From NCBI GenBank assembly GCA_038087875.1, contig CM075994.1, positions 7,690,001 to 7,754,000 on the forward strand: 64,000 bases of DNA. Reading direction: 5' to 3'. This document shows, one piece after another, positions 26,301-36,379 of this stretch. The stretch is from Malacoraja senta. Lineage: Eukaryota. The position numbers and the translations under genes are program-made. The stretch's first letter is position 1. Each line of letters opens with the position of its first letter. The notes under the pieces were generated by a model. That model had not been told where the DNA came from and did not search any database. It saw nothing but the letters and a program-made list of their open reading frames with translations.

Positions 26301-29300
26301 CATCATGGACGTATGATGCGCGTGATGCGGCGGTGACGCGACGTGATGACGTATGGCGCGCAGTGTTTTTTCAGGTGTTGCAACATTTTTTTTGTTGCCG
26401 CTGGATTTTGAAATGTTCAAATTCTTTTGGCGACACTGATAATACACGCCGGCAGTCGCCGAAAAAATCGCCAAGTGGGACAGGCCCTTTAATGGCAAGT
26501 CTGTGAGAACCAGTGTACAGTGAGTATGTTACATGGACGATAGAGTCATAGAGTGATACAGTGTGGAAACAGGCCTTCGTCTCAACTTGCCCACACCGGC
26601 CAACATGTCCCAGCTACACTAGTCCCACCTGCCTGCGCTTGGTCCATATCCCTCCAAACCTGTCCTATCCATGTACCTGTCTAACTGTTTCTTAAACGAT
26701 GGGATAGTCCCAGCCTCAACTACCTCCTCTGGCAGCTTGTTCCATACACCCACCGCCCTTTGTGTGAAAAAGTTACCCCTCAGATTCCTATTAAATCTTT
26801 TCCCCTTCACTTTGAACCTGTGTCCTCTGGTCCTCGATTCCCCTACTCTGGGCAAGAGACTCTCTGCCTCTACCCGATCTATTCCTCTCATGATTTTATA
26901 CACCTCTATAAGATCTCCCCTCATCCTCCTGCGCTCCAAGGAATAGAGACCCAGCCTGCTCAACCTCTCCCAATAGCTCACACCCTCTAGTCCTGGCAAC
27001 ATCCTTGTAAAGATGTAGCAGTAGTAGCCGTATTACAAATTATCCAAGAAATATTATGTTAACAACTGAAGCATGAATATTGTTAGTAACATGTGCAAGA
27101 GATATTGCCAGTAATTGCGTCTACCCGATCTATTCCCCTCATGAGTGATCTTATAGACACTCCTCTATAAGATCACCTCTCATCCTCCTGCGCTCCAAGG
27201 AATAGAGTCCCAGCCTGCTCAACCTCTCCCTGTAGCTCAGGCCCTCGAGTCCTGACAACACCCTCGTAAATCTTCTCTGAACCCTTTCAACCTTGACAAT
27301 AACTTCCCTATAACATGGTGTTACTGGCAAGCGTGGATTGTCACCTTAGTCGTGGTGGAGAAGCTTGTGTGGTCCTGAGATCCTGAGAGCACTGCCGTCT
27401 GGAGCTATGCTCGTCGTGGTAGGACCACCCATGGCGGTAAGGTCGAGGGGGAGGTCTCTGACAAAGAGTAATCCAACCAAGACCTCAACGGTGGAACAGG
27501 CGGAGGACGATGGCTGACATTAGTGGAGCGTCACAACGGCTGGGAAGGCGGATGAAGGCTGCAGCAGAAAAGGGTCTCCGGTCGTCTTGGACTCCATACC
27601 ACTGGATCCTGACCCAGATCTGTCAAGGACCGTGTGGTGGCTGTCTGTGCACCAGTCTCCCCACGTTAAACAAAGTCACGCACAGGCGTCCTCCATATAG
27701 GGAATAGCACCGTGGAGACACCCATGGTCAGCCATGACCGAAGGGGGCCTAAGAACTGGCAAGCGTCTTCTGATCTCGGCGTGAAGCAGAGTTTAAAGGT
27801 GGCGCCAACAAATGTGTTAACAGTTAGCCTGTGTGCGTTGGAGGTATAAATGGTAATGACAGTGTGTGTGTTAAATAGCAAGTACTAGCTGGCGTCTTCT
27901 GAACTCCACACGGTGTGCAGTTCAAAGCTGGGGGAAATGAATATGTTAAATAACAGATATTAACTGGTAGACACAAGATGCTGGAGTAACTCAGCGGGAC
28001 AGGCAGCATCTCTGGAGAGAAGGAATGGGTGACGTTTCATGTCGAGACACCTTCTTCAGACTAACAGATACTAACTGGCAGCTTGTTTTAATGTATTAAT
28101 GAATTGTACACCTTCAATAGCTTTTGGGACTTCTACAGAGGGCCACCTCGAAGTCCAGTCAAGAGTCAAGAGTCTTGTAGGGTGGGCTACCTATTTGTTA
28201 AGTCAAGGGTCAATGGTCTTGTTGGCTGGGCTCCAAGTCCAGTGGAGAGTCAAGTCTTGATGGATTGGCTACATAGAAACATAGGAACTAGATGCAGGAG
28301 TAGGCCATTGGGCCCTTCGAGCCAGCACCGCCATTCAATGTGATCATGGCTGATCGTCCAGAATCAGTACCCCGTTCCTGCTTTCTCCCCATAATCCTTC
28401 ATTCCGTTAGCCCGAAGAGCTAAATCTCACTCTCTCTTGAAAACATCCAGTGAATTGGCCTCCACTGCCTTCTGTGGCAGAGAATTTCACAGATTTACAA
28501 CTCTCTGGGTGAAAAAGTTTTTCCTCATCTCAGTCCTAAATGGCCTACCCCTTATCCTTAAACTGTGACCCCCTGGTTCTGGACTCCCCCAACATCGGGA
28601 ACATTTTTCCTGCATCTAGCCTGTCCAATCCCTTAAGAATTGTATATGTTTCTATAAGATATCCTCTCATCCTTCTAAATTCCAATGAATATAAGCCCAG
28701 TCGATACATTCCCGCCATCCCGGGAATTAACCTGGTGAACCTACGCTGCACTCCCTCAATAGCAAGAATGTCCTTCCTCAAACTAGAAGACCAAAACTGC
28801 ACACAATACTCCAGGAACATTCTCACCAGGGCCCTGTACAACTGCAGTAGGACCTCCTTGCTCCTATACTCAAATCCTCTCGCTACCTATGAGTTAAGTC
28901 AAGAGTCTTGTTGGGTGAGCTACCTCTAAATCAAGTTGAGAGTCAAGGGTATTGTGTAGGAAGGAACTGCAGATACACCAAAGATAAACAACAAACGCTG
29001 GAGTAACTCAGCGGGGCAGGCAGAATCTCTGGAGAGAAGGAATGGGTGACATATCGGGTCGAGACCCTTCTTCACACGCAATACTCAAGAGTACTATTGG
29101 GTGGGCTACCTCCTGGTCAAGTCAAGGGACAAGAGCTTTGTTGGGTGGGCTACCTATAAGTCAAGATGAGACCCAATGGTCTTGTTGGTCATGCTATCTT
29201 GGAGTCAAGTCCAGAGTCCAGAGACTTGTTGATTTGGCCATCTATTTGTTATCAAGAGTCTTATTGTGTCGGCTACCATGGAATTAAGTTGAGAGTGGGG

Positions 29301-30941
29301 CCACATTTAAAGTATTGTGTTCAGTTCTGGCCACCATGTGACAGGAAAGAAGTTGTCAAATTGGAAAGAGTACAGAGAAGATTTACAAGGATGTTGCCAG
29401 GATTCGAGGGCCTGAGCTATAGGGAGGGGGTAGAGCAGGCTGGGACTCTATTACTTGGAGCGCAGGAGGATGGGGGATGTGGCCTGTGGTCCCAGACTGT
29501 CCAACTAGGGGAAAAATGAATTCCACTGATTCACCACTCACTGGGGGGCCTGGTTCCTTACTCTCCCTTTAAAATCTCCATGTCCACTTGAAAATGTATT
29601 ACACTATCCTGGAACGTGTAAAAATAAGCGAACTAAAATGTGTTGGGGTATTAAATAGCAATAGGCAGACCAGTCAATTCAAAGAAGTCTGAAGAAGGGT
29701 CTCGACCCAAAACGTCACCCATTCCTTCTCTTCAGAGACGCTGCCTGTCAATAGACAATAGGCAATAGGTGCAGGAGTAGGCCATTCGGCCCTTCGAGCC
29801 AGCACCGCCATTCACTGTGATCATGGCTGATCATCCCCAATCAGTACCTCGTACCTGCCTTCTCCCCATATCCCCTGACTCCGCTATTTTTAAGAGCCCT
29901 ATCTAGCTCTCTCTTGAAAGCATCCAGAGAACCGGCTTCCACCGCCCTCTGAGGCAGAGAATTCCACAGACTCACAACTCTCTGGGTGGAAAAATGTTTC
30001 CTCGTCTCTGTTCTCAATGGCCTACCCCTTATTCTTAAACTGTGGCCCCTGGTTCTGAGCTCCCCCAACATCGGGAACATTTCCTGCCTCTAGCGTGTCC
30101 AAACCCTTAATAATCTTATATGTTTCCTTCTAAATCCCCTTCTAAATTCCAGACCCTGAGCTATAGGGAGGGGTAGAGTAGGCTGGGACTCTATTACATT
30201 GGAGCGCAGGAGGATGGGGGATGACCTTATAGAGGTGTATAAAATCAAGAGAGCAATAGATCGGGTAGATGCACAGAGTCTCGTGCCCAGAGAAGGGGAA
30301 TCAAGAACCAGAGGACACAGGTTCAAGGTGAAGCTGAAAGATTTAATATGAATGTGAGCTGTAACTTTTCCACACAAAGGGTGGTGGGTGTATGGAACAA
30401 GCTGCCAGAGGAGGTAGTTGAGGCTGGGACTATCCCAATGTTTAAGAAACAATTAGACAGGTACATGGATAGGACAGGTTTGGAGGGATATGGACCAAGC
30501 GCAGGCAGGTGGGACTAGTGTAGCTGGGACATGTTGGCTGGTGTGGGCAAGTTGGGCCGAAGGGCCTGTTTCCACACTGTATCACTCTATGACTCTACAA
30601 CTACTATACTGGTGATCGCTGGTTGGCACAGACCCGGTGGGCCGAAGGGCCTGTTTCCACACTGTATCTCTAAACTAAACTAAACTGCACGTTGAATACA
30701 TAGAACAAGAGAGACAGGAACAAGCTCTTCGGCCCACAATGTCTGTGCTGAACATGTCTCCCCGCTGTATGTCGAAACAAACTAAAGCTGTTTATTGTGA
30801 CTAGGTTTCCCCCCGTCGAGGACGGAGAGGCGTGGTTGGAGTGTGTACGTCTCTACAACTGGCGTACTGACGTTTGGGAGCATGGTTACTATCCTGGCTC
30901 TTGTTCTGCAGAGGAAATACTACCAACGCCGATCGCCGTGA
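2311..30941 (+). CDS. Spliced gene (6 coding exons, 2262 nt, 753 aa): IgGFc-binding-protein N-terminal domain + ZP module type I membrane glycoprotein (uromodulin/GP2/CUZD1-like C-terminus)
   Basis: join(2311..2377,5265..6494,18056..18249,21933..22300,23482..23747,30805..30941). All introns are GT-AG, and phases 1,1,0,2,1 join into one open frame from ATG to TGA. Domain motifs continue across junctions ([23 protein letters not shown]). Confidence 0.85.
2949..3395. mobile_element. PIF/Harbinger-like MITE
   Basis: TIR AGGGCCTGTCCCA...TGGGACAGGCCCT flanked by TAA/TTA, with a GC-rich interior. Confidence 0.75.
3915..4140 (-). mobile_element. Penelope-like fragment (GIY-YIG C-terminal part)
   Basis: Reverse-complement homology to 40200-40400. 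Confidence 0.75.
4225..5140 (-). mobile_element. Two CR1 (HER1-like) LINE 3' fragments
   Basis: ORF 4759 reads [14 protein letters not shown]...[14 protein letters not shown], the CR1 RT C-terminal tail. (CATAGAAA)n tail. Confidence 0.9.
5265..6494 (+). CDS. Coding exon 2: IgGFc-binding protein (FCGBP) N-terminal domain
   Basis: Core of ORF 5144..6607. FCGBP_N-like motifs [54 protein letters not shown] and SYGYP. Acceptor ACAG at 5261-5264, donor A|GTAAGT at 6495. High GC3 and many N-x-S/T sites. Confidence 0.92.
6565..7160 (+). mobile_element. CR1 LINE 3' fragment
   Basis: Encodes the RPHLEY...WNSLP region, with a (TTTCTATG)n tail. Confidence 0.9.
7471..7800 (+). mobile_element. tRNA-derived V-SINE (HE1-like), full-length representative
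   Basis: A/B-box head GGTGGCGCAGCGGTAGAG...GGGTTCG, V-core GTTCTCCCCGTG...GGTTTCCTCC, CR1-like tail GGGCCGAAGGGCCTGTTTCC and (AAACT)n. Confidence 0.88.
8114..8148 (+). ncRNA. Minimal type-I hammerhead ribozyme motif in a Penelope-derived terminal repeat (representative of >20 copies)
   Basis: CTGAAGA-A-GGGTC-TC-GACCC-GAAAC-GTC: catalytic core CUGAnGA...GAAA...GUC, 5-bp stem II and a palindromic ACGT at stem III. Confidence 0.6.
8425..10625 (-). mobile_element. HE1-like SINEs at 8425-8730, 9895-10195, 10299-10625
   Basis: Reverse complement of the SINE consensus. Confidence 0.8.
9045..9400 (-). mobile_element. CR1 LINE 3' fragment
   Basis: ORF 9077..9355 reads [10 protein letters not shown]...[14 protein letters not shown]. 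Confidence 0.88.
11073..11576. mobile_element. Non-autonomous hAT (Blackjack-like) DNA element, copy 2
   Basis: TAGAGTTGC...GTTGGCAACCCTA with an 8-bp TSD GCCTCGGG/CCCTCGGG (7/8 match). Inserted into a CR1 fragment. Confidence 0.8.
12100..13860. mobile_element. SINE cluster: 12100-12389(+), 12665-12955(-), 12955-13280(-), 13520-13860(-)
   Basis: HE1-like motifs. Confidence 0.82.
14012..14222. mobile_element. Penelope terminal-repeat remnant in inverted (hairpin) arrangement; similar at 2480-2860, 3543-3805, 33125-33455, 43977-44194
   Basis: ACAAAATGCTGGAGTAACTCAGCGGG...GGTGACGTTTCGGG followed by its reverse complement, which contains the hammerhead motif. Confidence 0.65.
14558..16760. mobile_element. 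SINE cluster: 14558-14846(+), 15688-16005(-), 16011-16310(-), 16480-16760(+)
   Basis: HE1-like motifs. Confidence 0.82.
17400..17995 (-). mobile_element. CR1 LINE 3' fragment
   Basis: ORF 17468..17929 encodes the CR1 tail peptide. Confidence 0.88.
18056..18249 (+). CDS. Coding exon 3: ZP-N first half (LTC...LNDPTC...APFDGCGT)
   Basis: Acceptor TTTTCAG at 18055, donor GTACGT at 18250. HLNDPTC and PFDGCGT are typical ZP-N motifs. Confidence 0.9.
18367..18731 (+). mobile_element. HE1-like SINE; further copies at 19433(+), 20378(+), 33572(-), 35288(+), 36689(+), 37700(-), 41050(-), 43116(+), 44790(-), 54025(+)
   Basis: HE1-like motifs and an (AAACT)n tail. Confidence 0.85.
19628..21715 (+). 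mobile_element. Cluster of CR1 3' fragments (19628-20086, 20645-21120, 21135-21715) interleaved with SINEs
   Basis: ORFs 19614, 20669, 20814, 21135 and 21365 all encode CR1 RT-tail peptides. Confidence 0.88.
21933..22300 (+). CDS. Coding exon 4: ZP-N end, linker and ZP-C start
   Basis: [10 protein letters not shown]...LLCEM...[28 protein letters not shown]...IFVENC...YNIIENG. Acceptor TTGCAG at 21932, phase-2 donor GG|GTAACT at 22301. Confidence 0.92.
22690..23120 (-). mobile_element. Rex1/Babar LINE 3' fragment
   Basis: ORF 22693..23064 reads [20 protein letters not shown]...[27 protein letters not shown]. Confidence 0.85.
23482..23747 (+). CDS. Coding exon 5: ZP-C, basic cleavage site RRGR and external hydrophobic patch LAQGPLVF
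   Basis: CPKDATF...RFSFHVFKF...[10 protein letters not shown]...RCTRGC. RRGR at 23657-23668. Acceptor CCAG at 23481, donor G|GTGCGT at 23748. Confidence 0.92.
25605..26260 (-). mobile_element. Tx1-clade LINE 3' fragment
   Basis: ORF 25721..26110 ([21 protein letters not shown]...[10 protein letters not shown]...[11 protein letters not shown]) is typical of the Tx1 ORF2 C-terminus. A-tail on the minus strand at about 25606. Confidence 0.8.
26264..26488. mobile_element. PIF/Harbinger-like MITE
   Basis: Long inverted termini TGTCCCACTTGGCGATTTT / AAAATCGCCAAGTGGGACAGGCCCT. Confidence 0.7.
26520..27320 (-). mobile_element. CR1 LINE 3' fragments
   Basis: ORF 26619..27002. Confidence 0.88.
27335..27754 (+). 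mobile_element. RTE-related short non-autonomous retroelement (about 420 bp)
   Basis: 5' end TTGTCACCTTAGTCGTGGTGGAGAAGCTTGTGTG resembles RTE/BovB/Expander 5' UTRs. Perfect 12-bp TSD ACTGGCAAGCGT (27323-27334; 27755-27766). Confidence 0.7.
28272..28880 (-). mobile_element. CR1 LINE 3' fragment inserted in the minisatellite (another at 24040-24410)
   Basis: ORFs 28545..28841 and 24140..24406. Confidence 0.88.
30805..30941 (+). CDS. Coding exon 6: transmembrane helix and short cytoplasmic tail
   Basis: Phase-1 acceptor CTAG at 30804. Translates (G)[44 protein letters not shown]. It is the only unique, in-phase TM-encoding segment I found downstream of exon 5. Confidence 0.82.
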
Positions 30942-32189
30942 CTCACCGAGTGGCCGACCGTTAACCGATGAAAAACACGGCCCTGCCGCTTCACTCCCTT
31001 TAGACTCTGATTAACGTCTGGTTAGTAACGAAATAGATCAAATTTTTGTTTAACAAAAAATTAATTATTTCACTCAAAGCCGTCAGAATGACGGTTACGT
31101 CAAAACTCCGATAATTCGCTTTCAAACTATTTGGATGGTTCATCGGGCCATGTACAGGCCCAGAGCCGTCAAGCGCTCACCAGCATCTTAGTTTTAGTTT
31201 AGTTTGTAAGTTCCTCAGTGATAGGAGCAGAATTAGGCCATTCGGCCCATCAAGTCTACTCCGCCCTTCAATCGTGGCTGATCTATCCCTCCCTCACAAC
31301 CCCATTCTCCTGCCTCCTCCCGGAGAAGGAGGAGCTGATGTGACTTGGGTGGGGGAGGGAGGGATGGAGAGGGAGGGAATTCTGCCTGCACGTTTCGCAA
31401 ACTCTCCCTGGAACTCAGTTTCTCGAGCCCTGGCAACATCCTTCCTGCACTCTTTCCATCTTAGTGGCTGCTTTCCTCTGGCAGGCTTATCAAAACTAAA
31501 CACTGTTGCCCCTAGTGTGTAGGGAGTGGATCAGACGAAAGTGGGATAACTGCAAAAGGTATTTTACACTTACGACAGTTTAAGTAATTAGTGTAAAGGG
31601 CCGATTGATGGTCGTCAAGGACTCAAATGTTCATAAATGATAGGAGAAGAATTAAGCCATTCGGCCCATCAACTCTCCTCCACCATTCAATCACGCCTGA
31701 TCTATCTCTCCCTCCTAATCCCATTCTCCTGCCTTCTCCGCATAACCCCAGACCCCCTTACTAATCAAAAATCTATCTATCTCTGCCTTAAAGGTATCTC
31801 CTGATTTGGCCTCCACAGCCCTCTGTGGCAATGAAATCCACAGATTCACCACCCTCTGACTGAAGAAATTCCTTCTCATCTCTTTCCTAAAGGAACGTCC
31901 TTTAATTCTGAGGCTGTGGCCTGTGGTCCCAGACTGTCCAACTAGGGGGAAAATGAATTCCACTGATTCACCACTCACTGGGGGGCCTGGTTCCTTACTC
32001 TCCCTTTGAAATCTCCATGTTCACTTGAAAATGTATTACACTATCCTGGAACGTGTAAAAATAAATGAATGAAATTGTGTTGGGGTATTAAATAGCAATA
32101 GGCAGACCAGTCAATTCAAAGAAGTCTGAAGAAGGGTCTCGACCCAAAACGTCACCCATTCCTTCTCTTCTGAGATGCTGCCTGTCCTT

Positions 32190-32755
32190 AGACAATAGAC
32201 AATAGGTGCAGGAGTAGGCCATTCGGCCCTTCGAGCCAGCACCGCCATCCAATGTGATCATGGCCAATCATCCCCAATCAGTACCCCGTTCCTGCCTTCT
32301 CCCCATATCCCCTGACTCCGCTATCTTTAAGAGCCCTATCTAGCTCTCTCTTGAAAGCATCCAGAGAACCTGCCTCCACCGCCCTCTGAGGCAGAGAATT
32401 CCACAGACTCACCACTCTCTGTGTGAAAAAGTGTTTCCTCGTCTCCGTTCTAAATGGCCTACCCCTTATTCTTAAACTGTGTGGCCCCTGGTTCTGGACT
32501 CCCCCAACATTGGGAACATGTTTCCTGCCTCTAGCGTGTCCAAACCCTTAATAATCTTATATGTTTCAATGAGATACCCTCTCATCCTTCTAAACTCCAG
32601 AGTGTACAAGCCCAGCCGCTCCATTCTCTCAGCATATGACAGTCCCACCATCCCGGGAATTAACCTGGTGAACCTACGCTGCATTCCCTCAATAGCAAGA
32701 ATGTCCTTCCTCAAATTAGGGGACCAAAACTGCACCCAATACTCCAGGTGTGGTC
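32190..32755 (-). mobile_element. CR1 LINE 3' fragment
   Basis: ORF 32472..32852 reads PHLEYWVQFWSP... Confidence 0.88.
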
Positions 32756-32987
32756 CCGCTGAGTTACTCCAGCATTTTGTGTCTATCTTCAAGAAAGCCC
32801 ACCAGTCTGGTGCTGCCAGAAGTGCCGGATTATTGGAGTTTTGGTACGACATTGTAGTTATTGTATAAATCGTGAACTGAATTTAATAAGCAAACTGGTT
32901 GAATTGTAAAACAAAAATAAGGAAATTGTTAATTACCAAAATATTCTTTGCTTTTATTTTATTATATTGAAATCCTGACCTGCCTCT

Positions 32988-32993
32988 AATAAA
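32988..32993 (+). promoter_or_regulatory. Candidate polyadenylation signal AATAAA for the ZP gene
   Basis: AATAAA in an AT-rich unique stretch (32860-33120) about 2 kb after the stop codon. Not verified. Confidence 0.25.
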
Positions 32994-34539
32994 ATGCTGA
33001 TGGTAAAACAGTGACTAATCTCCTTCTATGAGTTTTAAATCCTTCACCGAGTCACTCGTAACTGATATGGGTCAAGTTTTGTTCAATCTGACAACCGATT
33101 CAAAAGGTTTTATAAAATGGCATTTTGGGTCGAGACCCTTCTTCAGACTGAGAGTCAGGGGCGAGGGAGTCACAGAGACATGGAAGGGTAAGGTGTGAAA
33201 ACAAGAGATCAAAGAGGACAAACGATGATCCGTTCACATTTTCCTTGAGCTTCGTGCCCTTTGATCTCTCGTTTTCACACCTGACCCTTCCATATCGCGG
33301 TGTCTCCCTCTCCCCGACGCTCAGTCTGAAGAAGTGTCTCGACCCGAAACGCCACCCATTCCTTCTCTCCAGAGATGCTGTCTGTCCCGCTGAGTTACCC
33401 CAGCATTTTGTGTCTATCTTCAGTGTAAACCAGCATCTGCAGTTCCTTCCTACACATTTTATAAAATGGCATCCAAAACAAGAGGGTAAAGGTTAAAGAG
33501 GTAGAAGGATTTGAACATTCAAACACAGAAAGATAGGAGCAGTTACTGGCCTCCATATCTGAGGAGTGATGTTTAGTTTAGTTTAGTTTAGAGATACAGC
33601 GCGGAAACGGGCCCTTCGGCCCACCGAGTCCGTGCCGACCAGCGATCCCTGCACACTAGCATTATCCTACACACACTGGGGACAATTTACATTTACACAA
33701 AGCCAATTAACCTACAAACCTGCACGTCTTTGGAGTGTGGGAGGAAACCGGAACACCCAAAGAAAACGCACGCGGGTCACGGGGAGAACGTGCAAACTCC
33801 GTACATTCAGCATTGACGAAGGTCCAGAGGAATATTTACGAGAATGAAGCATGAGATGAGGGGGTTAACATATGATGAGCGTTTGTCGGCACTGGGCCTG
33901 TACTTGCTGAAGCTTAGATGGATGAGGGGGAACCTCATTGAAACGTACAGAATAGTGAAAGGCCTGGATAGAGTGGATGTGGAGAGGATGTTTCCACTAT
34001 TGGGAGAGTCTAGGACCAGAAGTCAAAGCCTCAGAATTCAAGGATGTTCCTTTAGGAAGGAAATGAGGAGAAATATCTTTAGTCAGAGGGTGGTGTATGG
34101 AGACTGTATGGAGTCTGTAAGTTCTTCTTGTGATGCGTGGGGTTTCTCCGGGTGCTTCGGTTTCATCCCACACTACAAAGACGTGCAGGTTTGTCTGTTA
34201 ATTGGATTCTGTAAAGCTATTAATTGTCCCACATGTGTAGGACAGTTTTAGTGTTCGGGGTGATCGCTGGTCGGCGCGGACTCAGTGGGCCAAAAGGCCT
34301 GTTTCCGTGTTGTGTCGTTAAAGTATAAAATCTGGTCTAATCCTTTTGTCTTATACTATCTGTTTTTTTATCTCTGGCTTTTGGCCAACCATCTCCCTAT
34401 CAAGATCCCCCTCACCTGTATCCACCTATCACTCACCAGGCTTACTCCCCTGCAGCTTTCTCCTCCCCCTTCCCCTTCCTACAAGGGTCCCGACCGGAAA
34501 CATCACATATCCATGTTCTCCAGAGACGCTGCCTGAAGC

Positions 34540-35097
34540 CGTGAAGCATTTTATCGGGATGCATCACGGCACGGTTTGGGAACAGCTCCATCCAAGACCG
34601 CAAGAAATTGCAGCGAATTTGTGGACGCAGCCCAGACCATCGCACAAACCAACCTCTCTTCCATTGACTCCATCTACACCTCACGCTGCCTCGGCAAGGC
34701 CAGCAGCATAATCAAGGACCAGTCGCACCCCGGCCACTCCCTCTTCTCCCCTCTCCCATCGGGCAAAAGGTACAGAAGTGTGAAAACGCACACCTCCAGA
34801 TTCAGGGACAGTTTCTTCCCAGCTGTTATCAGGCAACTGAACCATCCTACCACAACCAGACAGCAGTCCTGAACCACTATTGTATCCATCTCATTGGTGA
34901 TCCTCGGACTATCCTTTATCGGACTTTACTGGCTTTACCTTGCACTAAACCTTATTCCTTTATCATGTATCTACACACTGTAAACAGCTCGATTGTAATC
35001 ATGTATTGTCTTTGCGCTGACTGGTAAGCGCGCAACAAAAGTTATCCACTTTACCTCGGTACACATGGCAATAAACTAAACTAAACTAAATTAAACT
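34540..35097 (+). mobile_element. Rex1/Babar LINE 3' end with (AAACT)n tail; shorter pieces at 8210-8420(-), 9540-9845(+), 23262-23415(-), 38390-39110(+)
   Basis: ORF 34576..34872 encodes the same peptide as 22693..23064, followed by a 3' UTR. Confidence 0.85.
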
Positions 35098-36379
35098 GAC
35101 CCGTTGAATTACTCCAGCACTTGATCCTTCTGCAGTAAAGACTGAGACATAGTTTGTCTTTCTAATTGCCTTATGTGGCTGCACATTAACTTTCAGGAAC
35201 ACCTATTTCTCACTGTTTACAAACATGCCCTGTATCTCTGTCAAAGTCACTTTTAAACCCTAACCTATTACGTTAAATAACCCAGTATGGCACGGGCGGT
35301 GCAGCGGTAGAGTTGCTGCCTCAACACGCCTGATCCTGACCACTGTACGGAGTTTGCACGTTCTCCCTGTGACCCGCGTGGGTTTTCTCCGGGTGCTCCG
35401 GTTTCCTCCCACTCCAAAGCCGTGCAGGTTTGTATGTTAATTGGCTTCTGTAAATTGTCCCTGGTGTGTAGGATAGAACTAGTGTATGTGGGGATTGCTG
35501 GTCGGTGCGGACTCGGTGGGCCGAAGGTAAAGATTCGAGCATCTGCAGTTCCTTGTATCTCCTTCATGCTTCTGTACAGAGTCTGAAGAAGGGTGTCAAC
35601 CCGAAACATCACCCATTCCTTCTCTCCAAAGATGCTGCCCGTCCCGCTGAGTTACTCCAGCGTCATCTGTTCATTGGAGACGGCCCCATTGTAATGTAAT
35701 GCCTTTCCGCTGACTGGTTAGCACGCAACTAAAATGCTCTGCACCGTACCTCGGTACACGTGACAATAAACTAAACTGAAGCTGAGATAAGTTCCAAGTT
35801 GGGAACATTTTATGGGGCTAAATGATACAATTGATATTAAACCGCAGTGCAAAAATGAGACAATTTGCAATAAACACTATTTTAATTTAGGAGAATACAC
35901 AAGGAATTGAAAGATTAAAACAATCAAGACAATTATTTCACAATGATCATTACTAACTAAAACATCTATGATTCACTTTAATCTTTCTTTTGTTATTATC
36001 AATATAAAAGCAGCACTTTAAAAAAAAACTTCATTGCTCATTAAAGTGATCTTAGTGGAAAAGTGACATTTTTGTCCAGAGAAAAACATATAAATCAAAA
36101 TTATTAAAAGCCACGAAAGATTATCAGTGACACCCAAGATTTTGTTGATATTTTGATACATCTCACCTAAGTCAAACCTTCTACAACCTTGGATAGGTTT
36201 GTCAATGAGATGAGTGAGCTAGGGGGGAGTTAAGGTTGTGGAATTCTAGCAGATACACTATACAGCTATTTGTGAGTTGTGGGAGCCTAGATTATGGTGA
36301 ATTTGTGCTTTGGCTTCCATTTACTCAAATGTTTTCCTTTTTAACAAAAAAAACACAGCCCAGGCCAGGATACAATCCT

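Larger units (their letters stand above)
23761..29300. repeat. Degenerate ~37-44 bp minisatellite in intron 5, split by TE insertions
   Basis: Unit core GTCAAGAGTCTTGTTGGGTGGGCTACC in blocks 23761-24040, 24420-25380, 28135-28272, 28880-28950 and 29085-29300. Confidence 0.85.
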
